Assembly (NCBI GenBank): GCA_965261975.1 | Contig: CBDHEC010000056.1 | Coordinates: 105,572 to 169,571 of the forward strand | Length of the DNA: 64,000 nt | Direction: 5' to 3' | From: Alphaproteobacteria bacterium | GTDB lineage: Bacteria; Pseudomonadota; Alphaproteobacteria; UBA6615 | Shown here: positions 50,963-60,860 of the stretch, piece after piece | How the letters are laid out: every line of letters begins with the position of its first letter | How positions within the stretch are numbered: position 1 is the first letter of the stretch | Made by a program: the position numbers and the translations under genes | The notes under the pieces: model-generated | The model's database searches: none | Seen by the model: only the letters and a program-made list of their open reading frames with translations | Told to the model about the DNA's origin: nothing

Positions 50963-51796
50963 TCAGTCGTAGAACGCGATGGTCCGGGTCTCGATCGACT
51001 GGCGCGGTGCTGCGTCGGCCGGGCTCGTCGGGTCGTCGAAGGCAGTGTGTGCCGTCCAGCGGGCCCGGTCGGTCATCGTGTCGTAGCATTTGAGCAGGAT
51101 CAGCTCGTCGGGCTCCATGCGCGGGAAATACACCCAGCGGTGGTCCGGGTTGTATTTTGTGCGGTGGATCTCGCCGACCCGGTCGTCATATTTCAGGTCC
51201 ATCAGGATCATGTCGCCCTCGGCGATCGACTGGGCGTCGCAGATACCGAGCGGGGCTTCCTCGACCGCGCCGCTGATCGAACGCCAGACATTCACATAGA
51301 CATAGCGCTTCTTGAGCGCGGCCTCGGCCTCGTCGGGCGGCAACAGGTCGCGTACCCGCTGGGGCCCGGACTTGTCGGTGTAGTCGTTATGGACGACCCG
51401 CACGGGCTCGCGCAGTTTTTTGGTGGTCCGCGTCTCTTCATCGGCGACCCGCAGGGTGTGGTCGAACACGATGACCCGTGATGCGCCTGTCGCCTCGGCG
51501 ACGATCCGCTCGACCTCGGGGTTGTAGACCGTCTCGACCTGGCTCTTGTCCAGGAAATCGGTGACCGCTGTCGGCCGGTTGTGAAATTCAAACCCGTTTG
51601 TGTCGAGGGTCAGCTCTTCGGCCACGGCGCGCGCGTCATAGACCGGCACCGTGCGATGGTCCGGGGTCTCGTCGCGCTTGTTGGATTCGCCATAGGGCGA
51701 GATATAGGTGACCGGCTTGATGCCATTGTCGACCACATAGTTCATTGAGGCTTCGACGAAGGGGAGGTTTTGCGTGTCGTAGGCGGGTTGCGTCAT
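50963..51796 (-). CDS. CmcJ/NvfI family oxidoreductase
   Basis: LD..GF, TGA..V..FDH..R, VHNDYT, NVWR, PL..CD, H.W.YFP.M..DE..L.K.YD, HTAF, R.SIE.R. Confidence 0.82.
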   Translation of the reverse strand: MTQPAYDTQNLPFVEASMNYVVDNGIKPVTYISPYGESNKRDETPDHRTVPVYDARAVAEELTLDTNGFEFHNRPTAVTDFLDKSQVETVYNPEVERIVAEATGASRVIVFDHTLRVADEETRTTKKLREPVRVVHNDYTDKSGPQRVRDLLPPDEAEAALKKRYVYVNVWRSISGAVEEAPLGICDAQSIAEGDMILMDLKYDDRVGEIHRTKYNPDHRWVYFPRMEPDELILLKCYDTMTDRARWTAHTAFDDPTSPADAAPRQSIETRTIAFYD

Positions 51797-51884
51797 GAGA
51801 CGGGCCCTTTTCGCGGATGTTGTCTGGTTGCCGATATCAAATAGGTTCCGTTGGCTGCGTGTCGAGAAGAATTTGAGCGTGGCG

Positions 51885-52520
51885 CTACACTGCGGCGCTG
51901 GGGCGTGCCTTGACCGCGTCGAACCAGCGCTGGGCGTTGGCAGCGTCTTCCGGCAAGGTCAGTTTCAGCCAGCCCGCGAACTCGACGGCGACGAAAGCCA
52001 TGATGTCGGCCGCCGTGAAGGCGTCTCCGGCCAAATAATCGCGGTCGGCGAGGGTCGCGTCGAGCAGTTCGAAGAAATGCGTTGCCCGGCGCTTGCCGCG
52101 CTCGGCCAGTTCGGGGATCTGCGCGTAATTGTGCGGCCCGGTAAGCGCCCGGTCGGCCAGGCGCTTGGCCGCGTTGCGCAAGCCTTCGCCGACGGCCAGG
52201 AAGCCCTCCTGTTCCGCCCGCCAGGCCCAATCGGCGATGGCCGCTTTCTCGGCGGCGTCACGACCCAGGAGCACGGGCGTCGGATGGGTTTCTTCCAGAT
52301 AGCGCCAGCTTCCCTGGGTGGTGGTGAATCGCTGTCCGTCGTCCGTCTCCAGCACGGGGACCGTGCAGAACGGGTTGATGGCGCGGAACGCCTCGCCCAT
52401 CTGTTCCTGCTCTCCCAGATTCACCTCGACCGTCTCGATCGCATCGGTCAGGCCTTTCTCGGCGATGAACATGCGCACCAGCCGCGGACTCGGCGCGGTC
52501 GAACAGTCATAGAATTTCAT
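51885..52520 (-). CDS. Glutathione S-transferase family protein
   Basis: APSPR.VR.F.AEKG, INP...VPVL..DDG, F..ADI, RPS. Confidence 0.87.
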   Translation of the reverse strand: MKFYDCSTAPSPRLVRMFIAEKGLTDAIETVEVNLGEQEQMGEAFRAINPFCTVPVLETDDGQRFTTTQGSWRYLEETHPTPVLLGRDAAEKAAIADWAWRAEQEGFLAVGEGLRNAAKRLADRALTGPHNYAQIPELAERGKRRATHFFELLDATLADRDYLAGDAFTAADIMAFVAVEFAGWLKLTLPEDAANAQRWFDAVKARPSAAV

Positions 52521-52590
52521 CTGTCGTTCCTCGTTTGAAGTGTCTCGCACGCCAGCTTAGGCGCAACCCGGCGAGGGGTTCAATTGCCGC

Positions 52591-52980
52591 TCAAGCCTCG
52601 GTCGGCCAGTGGTCATCCACCCGCACCGCCTCGGCCTCACCCGGCCAGGGGGGCATGGTCGTCAGCACGAAGCGCAGGGGCTCGTCACCCATGGTGCGGA
52701 ACTGGAAATGCGTGCCCAGCGGGATGGTCAGCGCGGTGCCGGCCATGACGGGGGTTACCTCTTCATGGCCGTCCCGGGCCCGCCAGACTTCCCCGGACCC
52801 CGACAGGACATACCAGATCTCCTCGACCGTGCGATGGCGCACCGCCAGCGAGGTTGCGCCGACCGGCAGGGTGCAGTGGGCGAAGGTGCCGCCCGGCCGC
52901 GCGCCCAACAGGCGAATCTCCGACCCGTCCGGCGCGATCGCGTCAACGTCGTTTCCGAGCTGTGTGGTCTCGAATGCCAT
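52591..52980 (-). CDS. Cupin domain protein
   Basis: APDGSEIRLL, H.TVEEIWY.L.G.GE.WR, IP.G.HFQFR, TMPPWPG. Confidence 0.85.
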   Translation of the reverse strand: MAFETTQLGNDVDAIAPDGSEIRLLGARPGGTFAHCTLPVGATSLAVRHRTVEEIWYVLSGSGEVWRARDGHEEVTPVMAGTALTIPLGTHFQFRTMGDEPLRFVLTTMPPWPGEAEAVRVDDHWPTEA

Positions 52981-53061
52981 GGCGTATCCCCCGTGAATGG
53001 CTGGCACCGAGATGTGCAGCAGCCGGGCCGGGGGGCGTCAAGTCACGCTGCACTTCGGCGG

Positions 53062-53244
53062 TTATTCGCCGCCGATCGTGTCTTGAAGCCCGCGATCGAA
53101 GTGCCGCAGATCAAGCTGGGTTTCGCCGCCGTCTTTGGTGCCGGCACCCGCGCAAGCACCCAGTGCCAGGAGGGAGATGACGGCCACGCCAAGAACCAGT
53201 GACCGGCGGGGTTTCAGATTTTGCGTCGTCGGATTTTTCCTCAT
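53062..53244 (-). CDS. Small hypothetical lipoprotein (60 aa)
   Basis: Basic N-terminus, hydrophobic core, lipobox LGAC. Confidence 0.45.
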   Translation of the reverse strand: MRKNPTTQNLKPRRSLVLGVAVISLLALGACAGAGTKDGGETQLDLRHFDRGLQDTIGGE

Positions 53245-53458
53245 GGAGGACAGGTGGGATGGGTTGGCCGGGATAACCAACCACAGATTTGTGAGTTGGC
53301 CGGGTCACCCGCGGTATCCATGCATCAACTTGTGACAAGGCGGAACGCCTTTGTTTCCGCCGACAATCGCCATTTTTACGATAATAAACTGGACTCAGAG
53401 AATTAATGACGTAGTTATATGTTTAATATTTTAATACACAAAAACCAAGTGTGTAATT

Positions 53459-54877
53459 ATGGAAAATCTGCCGCTCTTCTTTCGTCTCCACGCTCGTCCG
53501 GTTTTGTTGGTCGGTGCCGGCGAGGCTGCTGTTGCGAAGGCGCGCCTGCTTCTCGCGGCGGGTGCAGATATCCGCATCGTCGCACCCTCCGGGCTGAAGG
53601 CGATTGCGGATTGGGCCGAAGCGGGGCGTGTTCGATGGGACCACCGCAAGTTCGATCCCGCCGATGTGACGGGTATGACACTCGCGATCGGAGCGACGGG
53701 TGATTGCGATACAGACGAAGAGGTCGCTGCCGCCGCACGCGAGGCGGCAATCCCGGTCAACATCGTCGACCGTCCCGCCTTGTCATCTTTCATTGTTCCC
53801 TCGATCGTCGATCGTTCGCCGGTCACCATCGGTATCTCGACGAATGGCACGTCGCCGGTCCTGGCCCGGCGACTGCGCGAGCAGATTGAAACGTTGTTAC
53901 CCGCCAATCTCGGGCGGCTGGCGCGTTTCCTCGATAGCTTCCGTGGGGCTGTAAAGGCGAAGTTCGATAGTTTTGATTCCCGCCGGCGGCTTTGGGAGAC
54001 CATCATCGACGGTCCCATCGCGCGTGATGTGCTGGCGGGCCGCGAGCCGGCCGCACGTGAGGCGATGCTCTCACGTATCAACCGCCGCCAGGCCGACGCG
54101 CCCGCGGCGGGTCATGTCGATATCGTCGGTGCGGGTCCCGGTGATCCGGAACTGCTTACGGTCAAAGCCCTGCGGGCGATGCAGGACGCCGACCTCGTTG
54201 TCTATGACCGTCTCATCGGCGACGGGATTCTCGATCTGGTGCGTCGCGACGCCGACCGCATCTATGTCGGCAAGGCGCGCTCCAATCACTCTGTACCCCA
54301 GGATCAGATCAACGATCTTCTGGTCGCGCACGCCCGTGCCGGGCGCCGCGTCGTACGCCTGAAGGGCGGCGACCCGTTCGTGTTCGGACGCGGCGGGGAG
54401 GAGCTCGAGCGTCTGCGCGCGGCAGGCATTAGTGCTGCGGTCATCCCGGGCATTACGGCAGCGACCGGTTGCGCGGCTTCGGCGGGGCTTCCGCTCACCC
54501 ATCGTGATCACGCATCTGCCGTGACCTTCGTGACCGGCCACGGCGTGGATGGAGATCCTGATGTCGACTGGGCAGCCCTGTCCGGTTCGCGTCACACCCT
54601 GGTCGTCTACATGGGTGTATCCCGGGCCGGCAGCCTTGCCGCGCAACTCATGGAACATGGCCGCGCACCCGACACGCCGATCGCCATTGTCGAGAACGGC
54701 ACGCGCCCGGACGAGCGGGTCCTTGTCGGGACCCTGGAGAGCGTTTTGTCTCTGGTCCGTCGCGCGCAGGTGGGTGCGCCCGCGCTGATCGTTATCGGCG
54801 AGGTGGCGGCGCTGGCCGACGCCGCGCGTGAACTCGCACTCAACACGGCAACTATCCCGAATAGCCAGGCCGTCTAG
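53459..54877 (+). CDS. cysG: Siroheme synthase
   Basis: LPLF, VN.VD.P...F..PSIVDRSP, VGAGPGDPELLT, RLKGGDP..FGRGGEE. Confidence 0.95.
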   Translation: MENLPLFFRLHARPVLLVGAGEAAVAKARLLLAAGADIRIVAPSGLKAIADWAEAGRVRWDHRKFDPADVTGMTLAIGATGDCDTDEEVAAAAREAAIPVNIVDRPALSSFIVPSIVDRSPVTIGISTNGTSPVLARRLREQIETLLPANLGRLARFLDSFRGAVKAKFDSFDSRRRLWETIIDGPIARDVLAGREPAAREAMLSRINRRQADAPAAGHVDIVGAGPGDPELLTVKALRAMQDADLVVYDRLIGDGILDLVRRDADRIYVGKARSNHSVPQDQINDLLVAHARAGRRVVRLKGGDPFVFGRGGEELERLRAAGISAAVIPGITAATGCAASAGLPLTHRDHASAVTFVTGHGVDGDPDVDWAALSGSRHTLVVYMGVSRAGSLAAQLMEHGRAPDTPIAIVENGTRPDERVLVGTLESVLSLVRRAQVGAPALIVIGEVAALADAARELALNTATIPNSQAV

Positions 54878-54889
54878 GAGAAAGAACAC

Positions 54890-55201
54890 ATGACACAGCA
54901 AGTGATTTCGGCAAATCGGCTGGGCGACGGGATTGTCGTCTATCTCACCGCGGACAACAGCTGGTCCGAGCTGATTTCCGGCAGCGTCATTGCGGCGGAT
55001 GAAGCCGCGGCGGAGGCGTTGCTCCGGGAGGCAAAACAGGCCGAGCAGGACCGGCTCGTCATCGACCCGTACCTGATCGACGTGGCCGAAGTGGACGGCG
55101 AGGTCCGCCCCATCAAGTACCGGGAATTCATTCGCGCGACCGGACCCAGTGTCCGGCCCGATCTGAGCAAGCAAAGTTACGTGCCCGAGGCGGGCGTTTA
55201 G
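54890..55201 (+). CDS. DUF2849 domain protein
   Basis: ANRL.DG.VVYL, V.DPY, RE.IRA.GPS; position in the cys operon. Confidence 0.85.
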   Translation: MTQQVISANRLGDGIVVYLTADNSWSELISGSVIAADEAAAEALLREAKQAEQDRLVIDPYLIDVAEVDGEVRPIKYREFIRATGPSVRPDLSKQSYVPEAGV

Positions 55202-55214
55202 GGGAAACAGACGC

Positions 55215-56870
55215 ATGTATATCTACGATGAAATCGACCAGACCATGGTTGATCAGCGGGTTAATCAGTTTCGCGATCAGGTCCGCCGGCGCATCGCGGG
55301 CGAGCTGAGCGAAGATGAATTCAAACCGCTTCGCCTGATGAACGGCGTTTACCTTCAGCTGCATGCCTACATGCTGCGCGTGGCGATCCCCTATGGCACC
55401 CTGTCGGCCGAACAGCTGCGCAAGCTCGCCTGGATCGCGCGCAAATATGACCGCGGCTACGGCCATTTCACCACGCGCCAGAATCTGCAGTACAACTGGC
55501 CGAAGCTCGAAGAGCTTCCCGATCTGCTCGCGGAGCTCGCCAGCGTGCAGATGCACGCGCTGCAGACCAGCGGCAATTGCATCCGCAACGTTACCGCCGA
55601 CCAGTTTGCCGGTGTCGCTGCGGACGAGGTGATCGACCCGCGCATTCACGCCGAGATCATTCGCCAATGGTCCACATTGCATCCCGAGTTCACGTTCCTG
55701 CCGCGCAAGTTCAAGATCGCGGTCACCGGCGCCGATACGGATCGTGCTGCGGTGAAGGTCCATGACATCGGCCTGATCGCGAAACGCGACGGGGCCGGTG
55801 AGCTTGGCTTCGAAGTGATCGTGGGCGGTGGCCTGGGTCGGACCCCGATGGTCGGCCCGACCATTCGTGATTTCCTGCCCGAGCGCCACCTGCTCTCCTA
55901 TCTGGAGGCGGTTTTGCGGGTCTACAACCAGCTTGGCCGTCGCGACAACATGTACAAGGCGCGGGTCAAGATTCTGGTTCATGAGACCGGGGTCGAGAAG
56001 TTTACCGAGATGGTCGAGCGCGAGTGGGAACAGATCCGTGACACCGCGGTAGATTTGCCGGCCGGCGAGCGCGAGCGTATCGCGGCCTTCTTCAATCCGC
56101 CGCTCTACGACAAGGCTGGTGATGCGGCCAAAACGCTCGCGCGTCACGTCGCCGAGGATGCGGCATTCGCCCAGTGGGTCGACACCAACGTCGCGCCGCA
56201 CAAGGCCGACGGATATGCCATCGCCAATATCTCGCTCAAACCCATCGGCGGTGTGCCCGGCGATGCGACGGCGGAGCAGATGGATGCGATCGCGGCGCTT
56301 GCCGAGCGGTTTAGTTTCTCGGAAATCCGTGTCACCCATGAGCAAAACCTGGTGCTGCCGCATGTCCGCCGGGATGAGCTGTATGCGGTCTGGCAGACCC
56401 TGAAGGCCTATGACCTGCACACCCCGAATTTGGGCCTGGTCAGCGATATGATCGCCTGCCCGGGAATGGATTACTGTGCGCTGGCCAATGCCCGTTCGAT
56501 CCCGCTGGCACAAGAGATCAGCGAGCGTTTTGCGGACCTCGACCGGCAGCATGATATCGGCGAATTGAAGCTCAAGATTTCCGGCTGCATCAATGCCTGC
56601 GGCCACCACCATGTGGGCCATATCGGCATTCTCGGCGTCGATCGGAAGGGCGAGGAGTATTACCAGATAACCCTCGGCGGTAGCGGCGCAGAGGATGCAA
56701 GCCTCGGCGATATCGTCGGGCCGGCCTTCCCCTATGACAAGGTGGTCAATGCGATCGAGACGCTGGTCGATGCCTATCTGGCCGTGCGGAGCGACGGCGA
56801 ACGTTTTCTCGACACCTATCGTCGGCTCGGTGCCGATCCGTTCAAGGAGGCCCTCTATGGCGTTAATTAG
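55215..56870 (+). CDS. cysI: Sulfite reductase hemoprotein (nitrite/sulfite reductase family)
   Basis: RL.NG.YLQLHAYMLRVAIPYG, TTRQN.Q, LPRKFKIA, ACPG.D.C, ISGC.N.CG. Confidence 0.92.
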   Translation: MYIYDEIDQTMVDQRVNQFRDQVRRRIAGELSEDEFKPLRLMNGVYLQLHAYMLRVAIPYGTLSAEQLRKLAWIARKYDRGYGHFTTRQNLQYNWPKLEELPDLLAELASVQMHALQTSGNCIRNVTADQFAGVAADEVIDPRIHAEIIRQWSTLHPEFTFLPRKFKIAVTGADTDRAAVKVHDIGLIAKRDGAGELGFEVIVGGGLGRTPMVGPTIRDFLPERHLLSYLEAVLRVYNQLGRRDNMYKARVKILVHETGVEKFTEMVEREWEQIRDTAVDLPAGERERIAAFFNPPLYDKAGDAAKTLARHVAEDAAFAQWVDTNVAPHKADGYAIANISLKPIGGVPGDATAEQMDAIAALAERFSFSEIRVTHEQNLVLPHVRRDELYAVWQTLKAYDLHTPNLGLVSDMIACPGMDYCALANARSIPLAQEISERFADLDRQHDIGELKLKISGCINACGHHHVGHIGILGVDRKGEEYYQITLGGSGAEDASLGDIVGPAFPYDKVVNAIETLVDAYLAVRSDGERFLDTYRRLGADPFKEALYGVN

Positions 56871-57378
56871 GGATCGCGAACTGTCTGAGGACAGCTGGCA
56901 GTATATCGAGGACGGCAGCCCCGTCCCGTCCGAGGGTGGGGCGATCGTATCGCTCGAACGGTGGTGGACCGAACGCGAGCAGCTGTCCGGCCGCAATGCG
57001 CCGATCGGCGTGCGGCTCGAAGTCGACACCGCCGCCGACAGCCTCGCCGTGGATATCGATCGGCTCGACCTCATTGCCGTGCCGTTCAATCAGTTCAAGG
57101 ATGGCCGGGGTTATTCGACCGCACGCCTGCTGCGCGAACGGTTCGGCTTTACCGGGGAATTGCGCGCGGTTGGCAATATTCTGCGCGATCAACTGGCGTT
57201 CCTCGAGCGGTGCGGGTTCGATAGTTTCGAGTATGAAGGCGGCACGGAAGCGGCCGAGGCGCTCAAGGCATTCGACGAGATCGACATCGTTTACCAGGCG
57301 GCCACGGATGGCCGCCAGTCGGCGGCGGCGACGCGAAATCACCCGTCGCGCGCGTTCTCTAACGGGACGAGCGGATAA
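56857..57378 (+). CDS. DUF934 domain protein
   Basis: F..F.DGRGYS.ARLLR.R.GF.GELRAVG..L.DQ..F..RCGFD. Confidence 0.9.
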   Translation: MALIRDRELSEDSWQYIEDGSPVPSEGGAIVSLERWWTEREQLSGRNAPIGVRLEVDTAADSLAVDIDRLDLIAVPFNQFKDGRGYSTARLLRERFGFTGELRAVGNILRDQLAFLERCGFDSFEYEGGTEAAEALKAFDEIDIVYQAATDGRQSAAATRNHPSRAFSNGTSG

Positions 57379-57382
57379 GGTC

Positions 57383-58123
57383 ATGCGCGGCGATTTCGAG
57401 GCCCCTTCGCAATCACATAACGCGGCGCAAATGCGCGCCGCGCGGCTGATGAACCTGGTGCCGGACGGCGCTGGCGACAAGGTGTTGCGGGCGGCGATCG
57501 AGGAGGTCTTCCCGTTTCGCGTTGCCGCACTTTCATCCTTCGGCGCAGAGTCGGCTGTCGTTTTGCACATGATTGCCGCGATCGATCCGGCGACCCCGGT
57601 GGTCTTTCTCGATTCCGGGCAACTCTTTGCCCAAACCCTCCAGTATCAGCAGGATCTCTCCGATCGCCTCGGGCTCAGCAATGTCCGGATCCAGCATCCC
57701 GATGAACGTGAGATCGCGAAGGCCGATCCGGACGGCATGTTGTGGAAGTCCGACCCCGAAGCCTGTTGCCGGCTGCGCAAGGTCATGCCGATGGAGCGGT
57801 CGCTCGAGGGGTTCGACGCCTGGATCACGGGTCGCAAGCGATTCCAGGGCGGGCGACGTGTCACCTTGCCCGTCGTCGAAGTCGAGAATAAGCGCGTGAA
57901 GATCAACCCGCTGGCAGGCTGGTCCCCCGAGGACGTGGAGGCCTATTTCGAACGCCATAATCTGCCGCGTCACCCGTTGTGGGAGTTCGGCTATCTGTCG
58001 ATCGGCTGCCATCCCTGCACCCGCCCGGTCGCGGCAGGCGAAGACCCGCGCGCGGGCCGTTGGGCCGGCTTGGACAAGACCGAGTGCGGTATCCATGGAA
58101 ACCCCTGGGGGCAGGGGACCTGA
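57383..58123 (+). CDS. cysH: APS/PAPS reductase
   Basis: SSFG, FLDSG, CC..RK, SIGC.PCT, RAGRW, KTECGIH. Confidence 0.92.
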   Translation: MRGDFEAPSQSHNAAQMRAARLMNLVPDGAGDKVLRAAIEEVFPFRVAALSSFGAESAVVLHMIAAIDPATPVVFLDSGQLFAQTLQYQQDLSDRLGLSNVRIQHPDEREIAKADPDGMLWKSDPEACCRLRKVMPMERSLEGFDAWITGRKRFQGGRRVTLPVVEVENKRVKINPLAGWSPEDVEAYFERHNLPRHPLWEFGYLSIGCHPCTRPVAAGEDPRAGRWAGLDKTECGIHGNPWGQGT

Positions 58124-58141
58124 CGACAGGCCATGAATGCA

Positions 58142-58173
58142 AAACCGGCGCCCAGGGGGCGCCGGTTTCGTTT
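58142..58173. terminator. Intrinsic terminator after cysH (likely bidirectional)
   Basis: AAACCGGCGCCC-AGG-GGGCGCCGGTTT 12-bp stem between convergent genes. Confidence 0.72.
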
Positions 58174-58190
58174 CGGGATGCCGTGTGCCT

Positions 58191-58829
58191 CTACTCGGGG
58201 ATCGGCAGGGGCTGATCGTTCTCCGGAACATTCCAGGCACGTTGCACGGCCGGACGGTCCAGCATGGTCATGTACCAACGGCGCACGTTCGGATACTCGT
58301 TCAGATCGATTTCCTGCCAGTTGTGGCGCGCGGCCCAGGGCCAACATGCCATGTCGGCAATGGAATATTCGTCGACGATGAAATCGCGGCCCTCGAGGCG
58401 CTTGTCGAGCACGCCGTACAGGCGTCGCGCCTCATCCTCGTAGCGCTTGCGGGCATACTCGGAGGCGTCGGGGTTGTATTTCGTGAAGTGATGGACCTGA
58501 CCGAGGATCGGGCCATAGCCACCCATCTGCCACATCAGCCATTCCATCGTGCGCCAATAGGCATCGCGATCGCTGGTGTTCAGAAACTGGCCGGTTTTCT
58601 CGGCGAGATACAGCAGGATCGCACCCGTCTCGAACAACGAATAGTCGTTGTTGTCACGGTCGACGATCGCCGGAATTTTGTTGTTCGGGCTGATCTTCAG
58701 AAACTCGGGGTCGAACTGCTCGTCCTTGCCGATATGGATCGTGTGGGTGTTGTACTCGATTCCCGTTTCCTCGAGCATGATCGCGACCTTGCGGCCGTTT
58801 GGCGTGAAGAAAGTGTAAAATTCGATCAT
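58191..58829 (-). CDS. GST Nu-class (YfcG/YghU-like) disulfide oxidoreductase
   Basis: TPNGRK, ISPNNKIPAIVD, FE.GAIL.YLAEK, WQMGG.GP..GQ. Confidence 0.88.
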   Translation of the reverse strand: MIEFYTFFTPNGRKVAIMLEETGIEYNTHTIHIGKDEQFDPEFLKISPNNKIPAIVDRDNNDYSLFETGAILLYLAEKTGQFLNTSDRDAYWRTMEWLMWQMGGYGPILGQVHHFTKYNPDASEYARKRYEDEARRLYGVLDKRLEGRDFIVDEYSIADMACWPWAARHNWQEIDLNEYPNVRRWYMTMLDRPAVQRAWNVPENDQPLPIPE

Positions 58830-58923
58830 CTGAGATATCTCTTCCCTGTCTTCATTGTGTGAGCGCGAGCCTATTGGCCGCATTCGGAACGGTCAATCAA
58901 CCGATTTTCACAAGTTTTGTGCG

Positions 58924-59337
58924 TTAACTCGGGCGTTTCCAGATGATGAACTGGCGGGTTGTACCGTCCGGGCCGAGGCCGGAGAAAACCATTCTCTGGC
59001 CGTCTTTCGTAATGTCACGAGACAACGACATGCCGACCATGTTCGGGTCCAGCGCATGCTGGAGCGTGTGGGTGACCGTGTCGTCCTCGAGGCTCCAGGT
59101 GCCGGAATAGTTGAAATAACTTGAGAAGGCTTCCGCGCGCTCTTCGTCGCTGGGCCGGTCGGCCGGCAAGAACCGATCTGCGAAATGGGTGATTGCCGAC
59201 ATGTATCCGTCGGGGGTGTACATGATCATCCCGCCGGCATCGCGGCCCATCGGGTGGCTGCGCGTGCCGTCTTCGCTCTCGGCGTACATCTCGTCGAGGG
59301 TCCAGGCGCCAATCAGGTCATTGTCAGTCAGGGCCAT
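58924..59337 (-). CDS. Lipocalin-like domain protein
   Basis: LIGAW.L, P.G....G.I.YT.DG.MS, Y..YSG, WKR. Confidence 0.8.
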   Translation of the reverse strand: MALTDNDLIGAWTLDEMYAESEDGTRSHPMGRDAGGMIMYTPDGYMSAITHFADRFLPADRPSDEERAEAFSSYFNYSGTWSLEDDTVTHTLQHALDPNMVGMSLSRDITKDGQRMVFSGLGPDGTTRQFIIWKRPS

Positions 59338-59483
59338 TTTTCGTGTCCGTATTCGTTTGACGCGGGAGCCTAGTGTCTTCGCTCGAAATATTGAAGCAAA
59401 TCCGTCACCGGCTGCGTTGATACGCCCCGGCGGCTCAGGCAAAGTCGAACACAACAGTCATTCGCATCGATGAGGATCAAGCC

Positions 59484-60860
59484 GTGCCCCACAACCTGAT
59501 TTCCCGGCCGCGCAAGGATACGCTCACCCTGACAGTGCTTGACGGCCACCGTCTCAATGCCTGGCGCAAGGGTCTGACGGCGGCGCAACGCGGCTGGCTT
59601 GAGCAGACAGGGTTTTCCGGACGGCCAGGCAGCTGGGCCATGCTGCCGAACCAGAAAGGCGGGATGCAAGGCGCTGTGTTCGTCACCGGTGAGGACACGG
59701 ATATGTGGTCCTGGTCGACGCTGGCCGCGCGACTCCCCAAAGGCAGCTACAAGGTTGCCGGGCGCCTTTCCAGGGCCATGGCGAACGACGCCGCGCTCGG
59801 CTGGGGCCTCGCCGCGTACGAGTTCACCCGCTATCGCACTGCGCGGATCACCCGTCCCGATCTCGTGTGGCCCGCGGGCGCGGACTCTGCTGCCATTCGC
59901 CAGATGCTCGACGCGACCACCTTGTTGCGTGACCTGATCAACACGCCCGCCGAGGACCTTGGGCCATCCGAGCTGACCTCCGAGGCGCGAAAGGTCGGCC
60001 GGAAATACAAGGCGCGGACGCGTGTGATCGCCGGCGATGCGCTGCTGGGGGCAAACTACCCGATGATCCATACGGTCGGGCGGGCTTCCGACGATGCGCC
60101 ACGGCTGATCGACATGCGCTGGGGCACGAAGGGTCCCCGGGTGACCCTCGTGGGCAAGGGTGTCTGTTTCGATACCGGCGGGCTCGACCTCAAGCCGGCG
60201 GCGGGCATGCTTCGCATGAAAAAGGATATGGGTGGAGCTGCCCATGCGCTGGCGCTCGCGCAGTTGATCATGGCGGCGAAACTCCCCGTGCGGCTGCGTG
60301 TGTTGATCGGCGCCGTGGAGAACGCCGTCGCGGGGAATGCTTATCGACCCTGGGATGTATTGCAGACCCGCAAGGGCATCACGGTCGAGAACGCAAACAC
60401 CGATGCGGAAGGGCGCCTGGTGATGGGTGATTGCCTGGCCGAGGCATGCCGGGAGAAGCCCGACATGTTGCTGGATTTCTCAACCCTGACGGGCGCGGCG
60501 CGGGTCGCCGTGGGCACCGGGCTGGCAGCGGTGTTCGCGAATGACGACAAGCTTTATGCGGATTTGGAAAAACATGGTGCGGCCGCGTCCGATCCCATGT
60601 GGCGTCTGCCGCTGCATCGGCCCTATCGCAAGCTTCTCGACAGCAAGGTGGCGGATGTTTCGAGTGCCAGTGACGGGCCGTTCGGGGGCGCCATTACCGC
60701 GGCGTTGTTCCTGCAGGAGTTCGTCGATGACGATGTGCCGTGGGCCCATTTCGACATCATGGCGTGGAACACAGGCAATTCACCCGGTCGCCCGACCGGT
60801 GGTGAGGCCCAGGGGCTGCGCGCGGCGTTCGGGGCGATCAAGGAGCGCTTCGGCAACTAG
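59484..60860 (+). CDS. Leucyl aminopeptidase family (M17)
   Basis: RDLINTP, VGKG.CFDTGG, MKKDMGGAA, NTDAEGRL, TLTGA. Confidence 0.93.
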   Translation: MPHNLISRPRKDTLTLTVLDGHRLNAWRKGLTAAQRGWLEQTGFSGRPGSWAMLPNQKGGMQGAVFVTGEDTDMWSWSTLAARLPKGSYKVAGRLSRAMANDAALGWGLAAYEFTRYRTARITRPDLVWPAGADSAAIRQMLDATTLLRDLINTPAEDLGPSELTSEARKVGRKYKARTRVIAGDALLGANYPMIHTVGRASDDAPRLIDMRWGTKGPRVTLVGKGVCFDTGGLDLKPAAGMLRMKKDMGGAAHALALAQLIMAAKLPVRLRVLIGAVENAVAGNAYRPWDVLQTRKGITVENANTDAEGRLVMGDCLAEACREKPDMLLDFSTLTGAARVAVGTGLAAVFANDDKLYADLEKHGAAASDPMWRLPLHRPYRKLLDSKVADVSSASDGPFGGAITAALFLQEFVDDDVPWAHFDIMAWNTGNSPGRPTGGEAQGLRAAFGAIKERFGN

